Positions 9,928 to 19,927 are shown, counted from the stretch's first letter. The stretch: 64,000 nucleotides of DNA from an uncultured Oscillospiraceae bacterium (GCA_944385435.1 CALWXG010000002.1:18806-82805); one strand, 5' to 3'. Numbers and translations: made by a program. Notes: generated by a model from the sequence alone, not told the origin.

Positions 9928-11882
9928 ACGTGATACTGGCCAAGTCCGCCGGCTTCTGCTACGGCGTGCGCCGGGCGGTGGAGATGGCGGCGGATGCGGC
10001 GGACAAGGGGCCGGTCTATCTGCTGGGACAGATCACCCACAACGACCATGTGATCCGCTGGCTGGAGGACAAGGGCACCGTCACGGTGTACGCTCCGCAG
10101 GAGGTGCCTCAGGGCGCCACGGTGCTCATCCGTGCGCACGGAGAGCCGGACAGCGTCCACGCTCAGCTGGCGCAGCGCAGCTGCACAGTTCTGGATGCCA
10201 CCTGTCCCAACGTGGCACGCATCCATGAAATTGTGCGCCAGGCGGAGGCAGAGGGGCGGATTCCGGTGGTCATCGGAGAGGCCTCACATCCGGAAATCAT
10301 CGGCATTGCGGGATGCACGAAACGCGGAATCGTGGCCTCCGGATGGGAAGAATTAGAGAAATTATTCCAGAATTCCCCGGAAATATGTGCTCAGCCGCTG
10401 ACTTTTGTCTGTCAAACCACTGCAATTCGGGCAGATTGGGAAAAAACCGTTGAAAACGCAAAAAAAGTGTGTACAAGCGCAGAATTTTTTGATACAATAT
10501 GTGGTGCTACGTCCAAGCGTCAAACTGAGGCCGTTGAACTGGCCAGACAGTGTGACGGAATGATTGTGATCGGAGATCCGAAAAGTTCCAATACCAGACG
10601 TTTGGCCCAGCTGTGCCGTTCCAGTTGCTCGCTGGTGGTACAGGCAGAGCGAGGGGACGAGCTCTCCAGAGAGAGCTTCCGATCCGTCAGTACGCTTGGA
10701 ATCACTGCCGGCGCATCCACGCCGGAGTGGATAATAAAGGAGGTCTACAACAAAATGAGCGATGAAATTATGGAGATTGAACAGTCCTTTGCTGAGATGC
10801 TGGAGGAGTCGTTCAAAACTTTGAATACGGGGGATAAGGTAACTGGTACTGTAGTTGCTATCACACCTACCGAAGTGCAGGTGGAGCTGGGCATCAAGTA
10901 CCCCGGCTATATTCCGCTGAATGAGCTGAGCGACGATCCGAACGTCAAGGTAGAGGACATGGTCAAGGTGGGCGACGAGATCGAGACCCAGGTGCTGCTG
11001 GTCAGCGACCGGGACTGCATGGTCAAGCTGTCCAAGAAGCGTCTGGACGCCGCCAAGAACTGGGAGACCGTGGAGAATGCCGTGGAGAGCAAGGAGATTC
11101 TGGACGGCTATATCACCGAGGAGAACAAGGGCGGCCTGGTGGCCAACGTGAAGGGCATCCGGGTGTTTATCCCCGCCTCCCAGTCCGGCAAGCCCCGGGG
11201 TGCCGACCTGTCCGACATGGTGAAGACCCAGGTCAAGCTGCGCATTACCGAGGTCAACCGTGCCCGCCGCCGCGTGGTGGGCTCCATCCGCGCCGTCCAG
11301 GCTGAGGAGCGCGCCGCCAAGGCCGCCGAAGTGTGGGCCAACATTGAGGTGGGCAAGCACTACGCCGGCACCGTGAAGAGCCTGACCTCTTACGGCGCCT
11401 TCGTGGACATCGGCGGTGTGGACGGCATGGTCCATATCTCCGAGCTGTCCTGGTCCCGCATCAAGAATCCCGCCGAGGTCGTCTCTGTGGGCGACAACGT
11501 GGACGTATATGTCATTTCCTTCGACCCCGAGAAGAAGAAGATCTCCCTGGGCATGAAGGATCACAGCCAGGAGCCCTGGACTGTGTTCACTTCCAAGTAC
11601 TCCGTGGGCGACACGGCCCCCGTGCGGATTGTCAAGCTGATGACCTTCGGCGCGTTCGCCGAGATCGTACCCGGCGTGGACGGCCTGATCCACATCTCCC
11701 AGATTGCCGATCACCGGATCGACAAGCCCGGCGATGTGCTCAGCGAGGGTGAGACTGTGAACGCCAAGATCATTGCCATTGACAATGACAACAAGAAGGT
11801 GTCCCTGTCCATCCGCGCTCTGCTGGAGGAGGGCCCCGCTCAGGAGCCCGCCGAAGAGGACGAGGCTCCCGTGGAGGAGTAA
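9924..11882 (+). CDS. ispH: bifunctional 4-hydroxy-3-methylbut-2-enyl diphosphate reductase / ribosomal protein S1 fusion
   Basis: The N-terminal ~280 aa are LytB/IspH (MNVILAKSAGFCYGVRRAVEMA...). They are followed by four S1 repeats (GDKVTGTVVAITPTEVQVELG, GLVANVKGIRVFIP, GTVKSLTSYGAFVDIGGVDGMVHISELSW, VRIVKLMTFGAFAEIVPGVDGLIHISQI). This fusion is common in Clostridia. Confidence 0.9.
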   Translation: MNVILAKSAGFCYGVRRAVEMAADAADKGPVYLLGQITHNDHVIRWLEDKGTVTVYAPQEVPQGATVLIRAHGEPDSVHAQLAQRSCTVLDATCPNVARIHEIVRQAEAEGRIPVVIGEASHPEIIGIAGCTKRGIVASGWEELEKLFQNSPEICAQPLTFVCQTTAIRADWEKTVENAKKVCTSAEFFDTICGATSKRQTEAVELARQCDGMIVIGDPKSSNTRRLAQLCRSSCSLVVQAERGDELSRESFRSVSTLGITAGASTPEWIIKEVYNKMSDEIMEIEQSFAEMLEESFKTLNTGDKVTGTVVAITPTEVQVELGIKYPGYIPLNELSDDPNVKVEDMVKVGDEIETQVLLVSDRDCMVKLSKKRLDAAKNWETVENAVESKEILDGYITEENKGGLVANVKGIRVFIPASQSGKPRGADLSDMVKTQVKLRITEVNRARRRVVGSIRAVQAEERAAKAAEVWANIEVGKHYAGTVKSLTSYGAFVDIGGVDGMVHISELSWSRIKNPAEVVSVGDNVDVYVISFDPEKKKISLGMKDHSQEPWTVFTSKYSVGDTAPVRIVKLMTFGAFAEIVPGVDGLIHISQIADHRIDKPGDVLSEGETVNAKIIAIDNDNKKVSLSIRALLEEGPAQEPAEEDEAPVEE

Positions 11883-11900
11883 GTTCGATTGACATGAAAT

Positions 11901-11932
11901 GGCCCGCCGCGATTTGCGGCGGGCCATTTTTT
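11901..11932 (+). terminator. rho-independent terminator after ispH-rpsA
   Basis: GGCCCGCCGC gattt GCGGCGGGCC followed by ATTTTTT. Confidence 0.8.
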
Positions 11933-11949
11933 CAGAAGGGGAGAACGTT

Positions 11950-13104
11950 ATGGCGCAAACAGATGTGGCCATTGCCGCCTGTCCGGACTACAGCGGGGAA
12001 AATGTCCGGCTGGCGCTGGAACAGGTGCTGGCCCCCTTTGACGGCCTGGACTGGGTGCGGGAGGGCATGCGCATTGCCATTAAGGCGAATCTGGTGGCCG
12101 GCCTGAAGCCGGAGCGATGCGCCACCACCCATCCGGTTTTGCTGGCAGAGCTGGTGAAGATGCTCACCGCGCGGGGCGCCGATGTGGTGGTGGGAGACAG
12201 CCCCGGAGGCCTGTACAATGCCAGATTTGTGCAGCGGGTCTACGATGCCGCCGGCATGTCTGCCGTGAACGAAGCAGGCGGCAGGCTGAACGGGGATTTT
12301 TCCGAGGCAGACGCCCAGAATCCGAAGGCAAAGGTGTGCCGGAGCTTCCGGTACACCGCCTATCTGGACCAGGCGGATGTCATTCTCAACGTTTGCAAAC
12401 TCAAGAGCCACGGCATGATGGCCTTAAGCTGCGGGGCGAAGAACCTGTTCGGCGTTGTGCCCGGAACGGTGAAGCCGGAATACCACTTCCGCTATCCGGA
12501 TCCCCGGGATTTTGCCCGGATGATCGTGGACCTGGACGAGTATTTTGCCCCCCGGCTCACCATTGTGGACGCGGTGGACTGCATGGAGGGCAACGGGCCC
12601 ACCAGCGGGACGCCCAGACACATGGGAGCTCTGGTGGCGGGGAGCAGCCCCCACAAAGTGGATCTGCTGTGCGCCAGCCTCATCGGCCTGCGCCGGGAGG
12701 AGGTGCCCACCCTGGAGGCCGCTCTGGAGCGGGGCCTGATTCCGCCCGGGGCGGAGGATCTGGTGGTGGCGAGGGATCCCGCCTCGTTTGCCCTTCCGGA
12801 TTTCCAGCGCATCGCCACCGGCAACAGCCTGTTGTTCCAGGGGGACGGCACCAGCCTGGTCAAACGGCTGCGGGGCAGGCTCATCGGATATCTGCTCACC
12901 CAGCGCCCCGGTCTGAACGCTGCCAAATGTGTGGGCTGCACCCTGTGCGCCCAGATCTGTCCGGCCAAGGCCATCATCATGCACCGGGGCAGGCCGAACA
13001 TCGACCGGAGCAAATGCATCCGCTGCTTCTGCTGTCAGGAATTCTGCCCCCAGGGGGCCATGGAGGTGCGCCGCACCCCTGTGGCCAGGCTGTTGGATCG
13101 GTAG
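11950..13104 (+). CDS. DUF362 domain protein with C-terminal 2x[4Fe-4S] ferredoxin domain
   Basis: DUF362-like core (IAIKANLV...THP...VVGDSPG) plus CVGCTLCAQICP and CIRCFCCQEFCP cluster motifs. Start set at ATG 11950, downstream of the terminator. Confidence 0.75.
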   Translation: MAQTDVAIAACPDYSGENVRLALEQVLAPFDGLDWVREGMRIAIKANLVAGLKPERCATTHPVLLAELVKMLTARGADVVVGDSPGGLYNARFVQRVYDAAGMSAVNEAGGRLNGDFSEADAQNPKAKVCRSFRYTAYLDQADVILNVCKLKSHGMMALSCGAKNLFGVVPGTVKPEYHFRYPDPRDFARMIVDLDEYFAPRLTIVDAVDCMEGNGPTSGTPRHMGALVAGSSPHKVDLLCASLIGLRREEVPTLEAALERGLIPPGAEDLVVARDPASFALPDFQRIATGNSLLFQGDGTSLVKRLRGRLIGYLLTQRPGLNAAKCVGCTLCAQICPAKAIIMHRGRPNIDRSKCIRCFCCQEFCPQGAMEVRRTPVARLLDR

Positions 13105-13151
13105 ACTGGCCCGGGGGTGTGTCCGGTCTGCACCTCCTGAACGGAATGAGG

Positions 13152-13180
13152 TTGCCATGCGTCCGGAGAGAGGGTATAAT
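13152..13180 (+). promoter_or_regulatory. sigma-A type promoter upstream of the SLH peptidase gene
   Basis: TTGCCA (13152-13157), 17-nt spacer, TATAAT (13175-13180). Confidence 0.5.
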
Positions 13181-13257
13181 AAGGCCATGGTTCCGCACAA
13201 ACACAGTTGCACTGTGCCTTGGACTGTGGATGAAACAGGAAAGGAGAGAACGGACCA

Positions 13258-15621
13258 TTGAAGAAAAGACTGCTTGCTTTAGCGCTCGCTCTGGTTATGG
13301 CTGTAGGATTGTGTCCTGCGGCCCTGGCCGCGGATGAGGTCCGGGAGACGGATTTCTTTCAGGATCAGCCCCACACGGATCTGAATTTTGAGGACATCCA
13401 GTACCGGGAAGTGGACGCGGACGCTGTTCTGGCGGAGATGGATGTCATCCGTGCCCTGGCCCGGGAGGAATCCGGAACTGACGAGGCCATCCGCCGTTTT
13501 GAATGGGTGGCGGAGCAATACACGGATGCGGCGACGATGTATGTGTTTGCCCAGATCCAGACCAACGCAGACGGCACCAGCGAGACCTGGGCCCAGGCCT
13601 ACACCGACAGTTACTCGGTCTTTCTGGAGCTGACTGACGCCTTCAACATCTTGGTGAAGGAACTGCTGGAAACCCCTTTGGAGGACTGGCTGCTCACTCA
13701 GCTCGCCCCGGAGCAGGTGGATGAGTACCGCAGTTACAGCGCCATGACGGAGGAGCAGCAGCGGCTGCTGAATGAGGAGGCAGAGCTGATCCAGGAGTAT
13801 TCCGCAGCCGCCATGCAGGATATTACCGTGGAGTATCAGGGGGAGCAGTGGGGCCTTGCTGAGATCAACCAGGCAGGAGACGGCGGCATCATCGATGCGG
13901 ATACGTACGATGAGCTGATACTTCAGCTGTATCGGAACCAGAACGCGGTACTGGGGGAGATCTATCTTCGCCTGGTGGCGCTGCGGGGGGAGATCGCCCG
14001 CTCCTTCGGCTATGATACCTATAACGACTACGCGTATGACGTCACCTTCCACCGGGACTACACCCCGGAGGAGGTCGGGGCGTTCGTCCAGGCAGTGGCG
14101 GAATACATTGCTCCCATCACCGTGAAATTGGGAGCGCTGGAGCAGATGAACCCGGATGATCCGGTTTTGTCCGGGGACTACACCGGCGATGTGGCCATCC
14201 AGATGGTGCGGCCCTATCTGGATCAGATGTCCAGCGAGCTGGGGGAGGCCATGGACTATATGGTGGAGCACAACCTGTATGATCTGGACGAGAGCCCGGT
14301 GAAGCAGGAAATTGGCTACACCATATCGCTGTACAGCTACGGTGCGCCCTATATGTCCAACTGCCCGTACAACGACTTCTATGACTTCTGTACCCTGGTC
14401 CATGAGTTCGGCCACTACAACAACGCCTACTGGGATCCAATGAGATGGAATACAGCCGAGGATTATGCGGATGTGGCAGAAGTCCACTCCCAGGGGATGG
14501 AGCTGCTGATGACCAACTTCTACGGGGAACTCTTTGGGGACTCCGCGCAGACCACCATGGACTATGTGATGCTCAATCTCATTGTCTCCATGACACAGGG
14601 CTGCATGTATGGTGAACTGGAGCGGTATGCCTATGACACGCCGGGGGTCACCCTCCAGCAGCTCAACGAAAAAGCCAGGGAGCTGGCCGAGGAACTGGGG
14701 TTCATTGACATGTATATCGGCGGTCAGACCGATGAGTATCTGGAGCATTGGTATAACGTGATATACAGCAACGAATGGGTGACTACCCCCCATCTGTTCC
14801 AAGCGCCCAGCTACTTCATCAGCTACGCCACCTCAGCCGCCGGCGCCTTTGCCTTCTGGGTGGACGCCCAGACCGGCGGCTTCACCGATGCGGTGGACGA
14901 CTATCTGGCCTTTGTGGCCCAGGCCCCGGGCATGGGTCTGCTGGAGAGCTTTGAAGCTGCCGGCATGGACAACCCCATGGAGGAGAGCTACCTCCGGGAG
15001 CTGGCCGAGACGCTGAACACCGAACTGAGGGTGGATCAACGGCTGGCCGGCACCTCGCTGGAAGGGATGTATACCGACGTGGATCCCGAGGCCTGGTATG
15101 TCTTGGAGGTGGCCAAGGCCATCGCTGCGGGGCTGATGCAGGGCACCTCGGACACCACCTTCAGCCCGGACGACGACACCACCCGGGGCCAGCTGGTCAC
15201 CATGCTCTACCGCATGGATGGCGAGCCGGAGCTGGAGGGGAACCTGGGCTATCCCTTTGAGGACGTGGCCCCCGACACCTGGTATACCGACGCGGTGTAC
15301 TGGGCCAGGGACAACGGCATCGTCCAGGGCTACAGCGACGCGCAGTTCGCTCCGGGTGACCCCATCACCCGGGAGCAGCTGGCGGCCATGCTGTACCGCT
15401 ATGCCCAGTACAAGGACTATGATGTGACCGCCTCAGGCGACCTGAGCGGCTATGCCGACGGGGACGCCGTGTCCGGCTGGGCGGAGGAGGCCATGAGCTG
15501 GAGTGTGGACGCCGGCCTCATCCGGGGAGATGAGAACGGCCTGACTCCCGCCGGCACCGCCATCCGGGCCCAGACGGCGGCCATCCTGGTGCGCCTGCTG
15601 GAGCTGTACCAGGCGGACTGA
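13258..15621 (+). CDS. secreted zinc metallopeptidase (M3/PepF-like, HEFGH) with three C-terminal SLH domains
   Basis: TTG start after AAAGGAGAG. Signal peptide MKKRLLALALALVMAVGLCPAALA. HExxH site in TLVHEFGHYNN. C-terminal SLH repeats (FSPDDDTTRGQLVTMLYRM; FEDVAPDTWYTDAVYWARDNGIVQG..FAPGDPITREQLAAMLYRY; ADGDAVSGWAEEAMSWSVDAGLIRG). Confidence 0.75.
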   Translation: MKKRLLALALALVMAVGLCPAALAADEVRETDFFQDQPHTDLNFEDIQYREVDADAVLAEMDVIRALAREESGTDEAIRRFEWVAEQYTDAATMYVFAQIQTNADGTSETWAQAYTDSYSVFLELTDAFNILVKELLETPLEDWLLTQLAPEQVDEYRSYSAMTEEQQRLLNEEAELIQEYSAAAMQDITVEYQGEQWGLAEINQAGDGGIIDADTYDELILQLYRNQNAVLGEIYLRLVALRGEIARSFGYDTYNDYAYDVTFHRDYTPEEVGAFVQAVAEYIAPITVKLGALEQMNPDDPVLSGDYTGDVAIQMVRPYLDQMSSELGEAMDYMVEHNLYDLDESPVKQEIGYTISLYSYGAPYMSNCPYNDFYDFCTLVHEFGHYNNAYWDPMRWNTAEDYADVAEVHSQGMELLMTNFYGELFGDSAQTTMDYVMLNLIVSMTQGCMYGELERYAYDTPGVTLQQLNEKARELAEELGFIDMYIGGQTDEYLEHWYNVIYSNEWVTTPHLFQAPSYFISYATSAAGAFAFWVDAQTGGFTDAVDDYLAFVAQAPGMGLLESFEAAGMDNPMEESYLRELAETLNTELRVDQRLAGTSLEGMYTDVDPEAWYVLEVAKAIAAGLMQGTSDTTFSPDDDTTRGQLVTMLYRMDGEPELEGNLGYPFEDVAPDTWYTDAVYWARDNGIVQGYSDAQFAPGDPITREQLAAMLYRYAQYKDYDVTASGDLSGYADGDAVSGWAEEAMSWSVDAGLIRGDENGLTPAGTAIRAQTAAILVRLLELYQAD

Positions 15622-15644
15622 AACCCAAGCTGATAAAAGACGAA

Positions 15645-15673
15645 GCGCCCCCGGGCCGTTGGCCCGGGGGCGC
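15645..15673. terminator. bidirectional terminator hairpin between convergent genes
   Basis: GCGCCCCCGGGCC gtt GGCCCGGGGGCGC, a 13-bp GC stem between the stops at 15621(+) and 15701(-). Confidence 0.6.
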
Positions 15674-15700
15674 GCTCTTTCGCTCTGTGTCCGGCGGGGC

Positions 15701-17416
15701 TTATGCCGCCAGGGTGAACAGGGAATAGAAGAACTCCTTCTTTTCCATCAGCTGCCGGTAGGTGCCCGCCTCCCGCACCCGGCCGTCCTTCAGCACGATG
15801 ATCTCGTCATACTGGTCCATGAGGGCCTCGTCCAGCCGGTGGGTGACCACGATGCGGGTGAGCCCGTCCAGGTGGAGGATGGCGTCGGTGACCTCGAAGG
15901 CGGTCTGGTTGTCCAGGGCGGCGGTGGCCTCGTCCAGCAGCAGCACCGGCGTGCCCCGCAGCAGGGCCCGGGCGATGGACACCCGCTGGCGCTCGCCCCC
16001 GGAGAGGTTCACCCCGTTTTCCCCGCAGCGGTAGTCCTCTCCCCGCTGGGCCACCAGCTCTGACAGGCCGGAGCGCTTTACAGCGGTCTCCACCTGGTCT
16101 GCCGGGAAGTCCCGGAACATGGTGATGTTCCGCCGCACCGTGTCGTCGAAGAGGAACACGTTCTGGCCGATGAGGCTGGCCAGGTCGTACAGGCTGTCGG
16201 TGTCCACCTCCCGCAGCTCCTGCCCGTCGATGGCGATGGAGCCGGCATAGTCGGTGTAGGAGCCCATGAGCAGGCTGAGCAGGGTGGACTTGCCCGAGCC
16301 GGAGGCGCCCACGATGGCGTATTTTTTCCCGGGCTCGAAGGTGAGGGACAGGTCCTTCAGCACCGGCTTGTCCGGGACATAGCCGAAGGTGACATGGTCC
16401 AGGGTAATGCCCCGCTCCAGCCGGGCGGGGATGGCCACACCGGCGTGTCCGGCGTTCTCTTTGGTGATCTGGGCAAGCTTCTTGATGAGGGTGAGGGCGG
16501 CCTTCCGGCTGGCCCAGTACTGAGGGACGATCTGGATGGGCTGGGTGAAGCAGTTGCACAGGTTCAGGGTGATGAGCACCGTGCCCATGGGGATGTTGCC
16601 CCCGATGGCCAGCCAGGCGCCGTAGAAGAAGATGCCGATCTGGAGCAGGGTGCCGCACTGCTGTGTGGCGGCGGAGAGCATGGCGTCCCACCGGCGGCGG
16701 TGCTCCTTCACCCGCTCCGTCTCGGCGTTGGCGGCCTGGAAGAGCCGGTTGGCCTCCCCCTCGGCCTTGAAGCTCTTGATGACGGAGAAGCCGGAGAGAA
16801 AGTCCTTCACCTGGGCCACGAAGCCCTCGTTCTGGTCGCTCATGGCCCGCTCCCACCGGGTGAGCTGCCGGCTCATGAGCAGGGAGCAGGCGGTGGGGAT
16901 GGCGGCCAGCGCCACGGTGGCCAGGGCCAGCTGCCAGCTGAGCAGGAACATCATCCCCAGCCCGCCCACGAACATGGCCCCCTGGTAGATGAGCAGGATG
17001 GAGCGGTTGAGGTAGTTCTCCTCGATGGAGTTGGTGTCGTTGGTAAGGGCGGAGAGATACCGGCTGGTGTTTTCCCGGGAAAAGGCGCTGATGCTCTTTT
17101 CCGACAGCCGGGAGAAGGCCAGGTCCTTGTACTGCCGCAGGGCCTGGTGGACGAACCTGGTCTTGTAGTAGTACATCAGCAGCTCCACCACCAGGGTGAC
17201 GGCCAGGGCGATGAAAGTGATGCCCAGGGTGCGCCACAGCCAGGGCAGGTCGCCGGCGGCCATGATGTTGGTCACCTCGCCCAGAACCCAGGAGAAGTAC
17301 AGCATCCCCCCGGTGCTCAGGATGATGAGGATGAGGGCCAGGGTGAAGTTCAGCCGGTTGCCCTGGTAAAAGGCGCGGGTGTACTCCCGCACGTCAGCGT
17401 TTGCTTTCATGTCCAT
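15701..17416 (-). CDS. ABC transporter, fused permease/ATP-binding protein (exporter type)
   Basis: Six-TM N-domain, Walker A GASGSGKST, signature LSGGERQR, Walker B LLLDEAT. Confidence 0.88.
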   Translation of the reverse strand: MDMKANADVREYTRAFYQGNRLNFTLALILIILSTGGMLYFSWVLGEVTNIMAAGDLPWLWRTLGITFIALAVTLVVELLMYYYKTRFVHQALRQYKDLAFSRLSEKSISAFSRENTSRYLSALTNDTNSIEENYLNRSILLIYQGAMFVGGLGMMFLLSWQLALATVALAAIPTACSLLMSRQLTRWERAMSDQNEGFVAQVKDFLSGFSVIKSFKAEGEANRLFQAANAETERVKEHRRRWDAMLSAATQQCGTLLQIGIFFYGAWLAIGGNIPMGTVLITLNLCNCFTQPIQIVPQYWASRKAALTLIKKLAQITKENAGHAGVAIPARLERGITLDHVTFGYVPDKPVLKDLSLTFEPGKKYAIVGASGSGKSTLLSLLMGSYTDYAGSIAIDGQELREVDTDSLYDLASLIGQNVFLFDDTVRRNITMFRDFPADQVETAVKRSGLSELVAQRGEDYRCGENGVNLSGGERQRVSIARALLRGTPVLLLDEATAALDNQTAFEVTDAILHLDGLTRIVVTHRLDEALMDQYDEIIVLKDGRVREAGTYRQLMEKKEFFYSLFTLAA

Positions 17417-18311
17417 GCTCCTTCCGCAGCTGTTTTTCCTTTTCCGTCAGCTCCAGGATGGGCCGCTCCCGGATGTCCCAGCCGTAGTTCCAGGCATCTT
17501 GTTCCTCCATAAACCACCGGGCGAAGTAGAGGAAGGGCACCAGGCCCTGGTTGTCGTGGACGCGGTAGACCTGGGCGGGGCCGTCCTCCAGCTCCAGGGT
17601 CTGCTCCCGCAGCAGATGCCGCTCGGCCAGGGCGGGGAGCAGCGCGTCCACCGTCTCCCGGGGCAGGCCCGTCTGCTTGGCCAGGGCGGCAGCGGTGAAA
17701 AAGATGGGCTTTTTCCGGTACAGGAAGTACAGCAGCTCCAGGCAGCCCTCCCGGGCCAGCACCGCGAACAGCTTCCGGTAGTCCTCGGTGGGGGCGAAGT
17801 GGATGTCGTACCCCTCCGGCGGCTCGGGCAGCAGCAGGTACATGGGGAAGTTCTCCGCCGTCACCCCCAGGATCATCCCCTCGTCATTGGTGTACTGGGA
17901 GCGCAGCCACACCGGCTCTCTGTCCGGCATCTCGGTCATATAGCAGTTGGCGGCCACTGTCCGGCCCAGCTCGCTGTTGAGCACGGAGGGGTCGGCAAAG
18001 GTTTGGAGCATATTGGTGGCCAGCAGCCGGAACAGATAGCCCATCCGCTCCTCCTTGGGGGTGCGCTGGAGCCAGAGGCCGAAATGCCGCTCCAGGTCCT
18101 GGGGGGCGTCCTCCGACCGGCCGAACAGGCCGTCCATGCTCACCCCCAGGCAGTCGGCCAGGGCGGGGAGGAGCTCCACATCGGGGGCGCCCCCCTTCTC
18201 CCACTTACTCACCGCCTGGGCGGACACTCCCACCATCTGGCCCAGCTGCTCCTGGGTCAGGCCCCGCTCTTTTCGCAGCTGGGCGATGCGTTCACTCAAA
18301 TTGCAGTTCAT
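17394..18311 (-). CDS. XRE family HTH transcriptional regulator with extended C-terminal domain
   Basis: MNCNLSERIAQLRKERGLTQEQLGQMVGVSAQAVSKWEKG. ATG at 18311. Overlaps the downstream ABC exporter by 23 nt. Confidence 0.8.
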   Translation of the reverse strand: MNCNLSERIAQLRKERGLTQEQLGQMVGVSAQAVSKWEKGGAPDVELLPALADCLGVSMDGLFGRSEDAPQDLERHFGLWLQRTPKEERMGYLFRLLATNMLQTFADPSVLNSELGRTVAANCYMTEMPDREPVWLRSQYTNDEGMILGVTAENFPMYLLLPEPPEGYDIHFAPTEDYRKLFAVLAREGCLELLYFLYRKKPIFFTAAALAKQTGLPRETVDALLPALAERHLLREQTLELEDGPAQVYRVHDNQGLVPFLYFARWFMEEQDAWNYGWDIRERPILELTEKEKQLRKEHGHESKR

Positions 18312-18434
18312 GCAGACACCTCGTTTCATCTGTTGGTTGTATCATACCACAAGCGATGGTTGAAAACAACGGAGGGAAACTTGGGGAAAATAAAGCAATG
18401 GTTGAATCACGAAACAAACGTGCTGAAATTCCAC

Positions 18435-18463
18435 TTGCCAGTGAGAGGAAAAACAGGTATGAT
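18435..18463 (+). promoter_or_regulatory. sigma-A type promoter upstream of deoC
   Basis: TTGCCA (18435-18440), 17-nt spacer, TATGAT (18458-18463). Confidence 0.5.
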
Positions 18464-18497
18464 GGTGTTCAACAAAATCCGGTTATGAGGTGAGGAT

Positions 18498-19157
18498 ATG
18501 GACATCAAAAAGATCCTGGCTGCGGCGGATCACACCCTGCTGACCCAGACCGCCACCTGGGAGGAGATCCGTCAGCTGTGCGACGACGGGGTGACTTACG
18601 GCTGCGCCAGCGTGTGCATTCCCCCCAGCTATGTGAAGCAGGCGGCGGACTATCTGGGGGACAAACTGCCGGTGTGTACCGTCATCGGATTTCCCAACGG
18701 CTATTCCACCACCATGGTGAAGGTATTTGAGGCCAAGGAGGCCATCGTCAACGGGGCAAAGGAGATTGACATGGTGGTCAATCTGGGCTGGGTAAAGGAT
18801 GGGCTGTGGAACAGGGTGCTGGAGGAGATCCAGGCGGTGAAGCGCTCCTGCGGTTCTCTGGTGCTGAAGGTGATTGTGGAGACCTGCCTGCTCACCCAGG
18901 AGGAAAAGATCCGGCTGTGTCAGATCGTCTCGGACAGCGGAGCGGACTTCATCAAGACCTCCACCGGGTTCTCCTCCGCCGGCGCCACCCGGGAGGATGT
19001 GGCTCTGTTCCAAGCCCATGTGGCCCCCCATGTGAAGATCAAGGCCGCAGGCGGCATCGCCACCCTCCAGGACGCCTGGGATTTTCTCACCCTGGGCGCC
19101 GAGCGGCTGGGTACATCCCGCATTGTAAAGCTGGTGAAACGCCAACAGGAATCCTGA
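18498..19157 (+). CDS. deoC: deoxyribose-phosphate aldolase
   Basis: [10 protein letters not shown]..., [26 protein letters not shown] (Schiff-base Lys), KIKAAGGI. Confidence 0.9.
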   Translation: MDIKKILAAADHTLLTQTATWEEIRQLCDDGVTYGCASVCIPPSYVKQAADYLGDKLPVCTVIGFPNGYSTTMVKVFEAKEAIVNGAKEIDMVVNLGWVKDGLWNRVLEEIQAVKRSCGSLVLKVIVETCLLTQEEKIRLCQIVSDSGADFIKTSTGFSSAGATREDVALFQAHVAPHVKIKAAGGIATLQDAWDFLTLGAERLGTSRIVKLVKRQQES

Positions 19158-19342
19158 TCTCAATCCTGTCCCCCATGAGCTGTGCCTGTCTTGTGTCCCG
19201 CTCTGTCTGTTGACCTGCTGAAGATACCCGCAGGGTACGTCGAAAGATGTCGGAAAATAAAAGTGAAAGTTCTTCCGATTTTTACCGATCTGCGGTAGAA
19301 TGAAGTCAGAAGCTGGTAGAGAGATGGGGGAGAGGCTGCGGG

Positions 19343-19705
19343 ATGAAGTATCTGAAAAATCTGAAAGCCATCGAGCACGTCCTGCATACCCTGGGACTTT
19401 TGGGTTCTTCTGTGGCGATGCGCCAGATGGTGTGTGCCATCGAGCTGGCGCACGAAGATCCCTCTCTTCTGCTGAGTGTCACCAAAGGTCTGTACAGCAA
19501 GGTGGCCGAGCATCTGGGAGATACCAACCACACAGCGGTGGAGCGGAATTTGCGTGCCTTGCGGGACAGGCTGTGGACCAAAGGCGATATGGACCGCTAT
19601 CGGGAGATGGCTACGTACAACGTACAGCTCAAGCCGACGACCGGAGAGATGATCGACACCGTCCGGTTTTACATGGAATACAATGACCTGTTTCCGGACT
19701 GCTGA
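19343..19705 (+). CDS. standalone Spo0A C-terminal (DNA-binding) domain-like protein
   Basis: A 120-aa protein. ...GLLGSSVAMRQMVCAIELAHEDPSLLLSVTKGLYSKVAEHLGDTNHTAVERNLRALRDRLW... resembles the Spo0A_C helix bundle (compare Spo0A ...AIRHAIEVAW). There is no receiver domain. Confidence 0.6.
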   Translation: MKYLKNLKAIEHVLHTLGLLGSSVAMRQMVCAIELAHEDPSLLLSVTKGLYSKVAEHLGDTNHTAVERNLRALRDRLWTKGDMDRYREMATYNVQLKPTTGEMIDTVRFYMEYNDLFPDC

Positions 19706-19927
19706 ACAGGAGGAAGGGGCTTGCCGGCAGACGGCGTTCACCCGGGGAGACAACAAAAGATCGGCACTCGGACAGGCGTTGATGATGCAGTCACCGACGC
19801 CTGTCAGCGTTTTGTGGGCTCTGAGAAGGGAAACCCAGCGTGTACGGGAAACCGAAAACAGACAGGGCCGCTGCTGCGACGCAGACGGCTGAAATGGGAT
19901 GCGCCGGCTCCCGTGTGGCTGTGCCTC

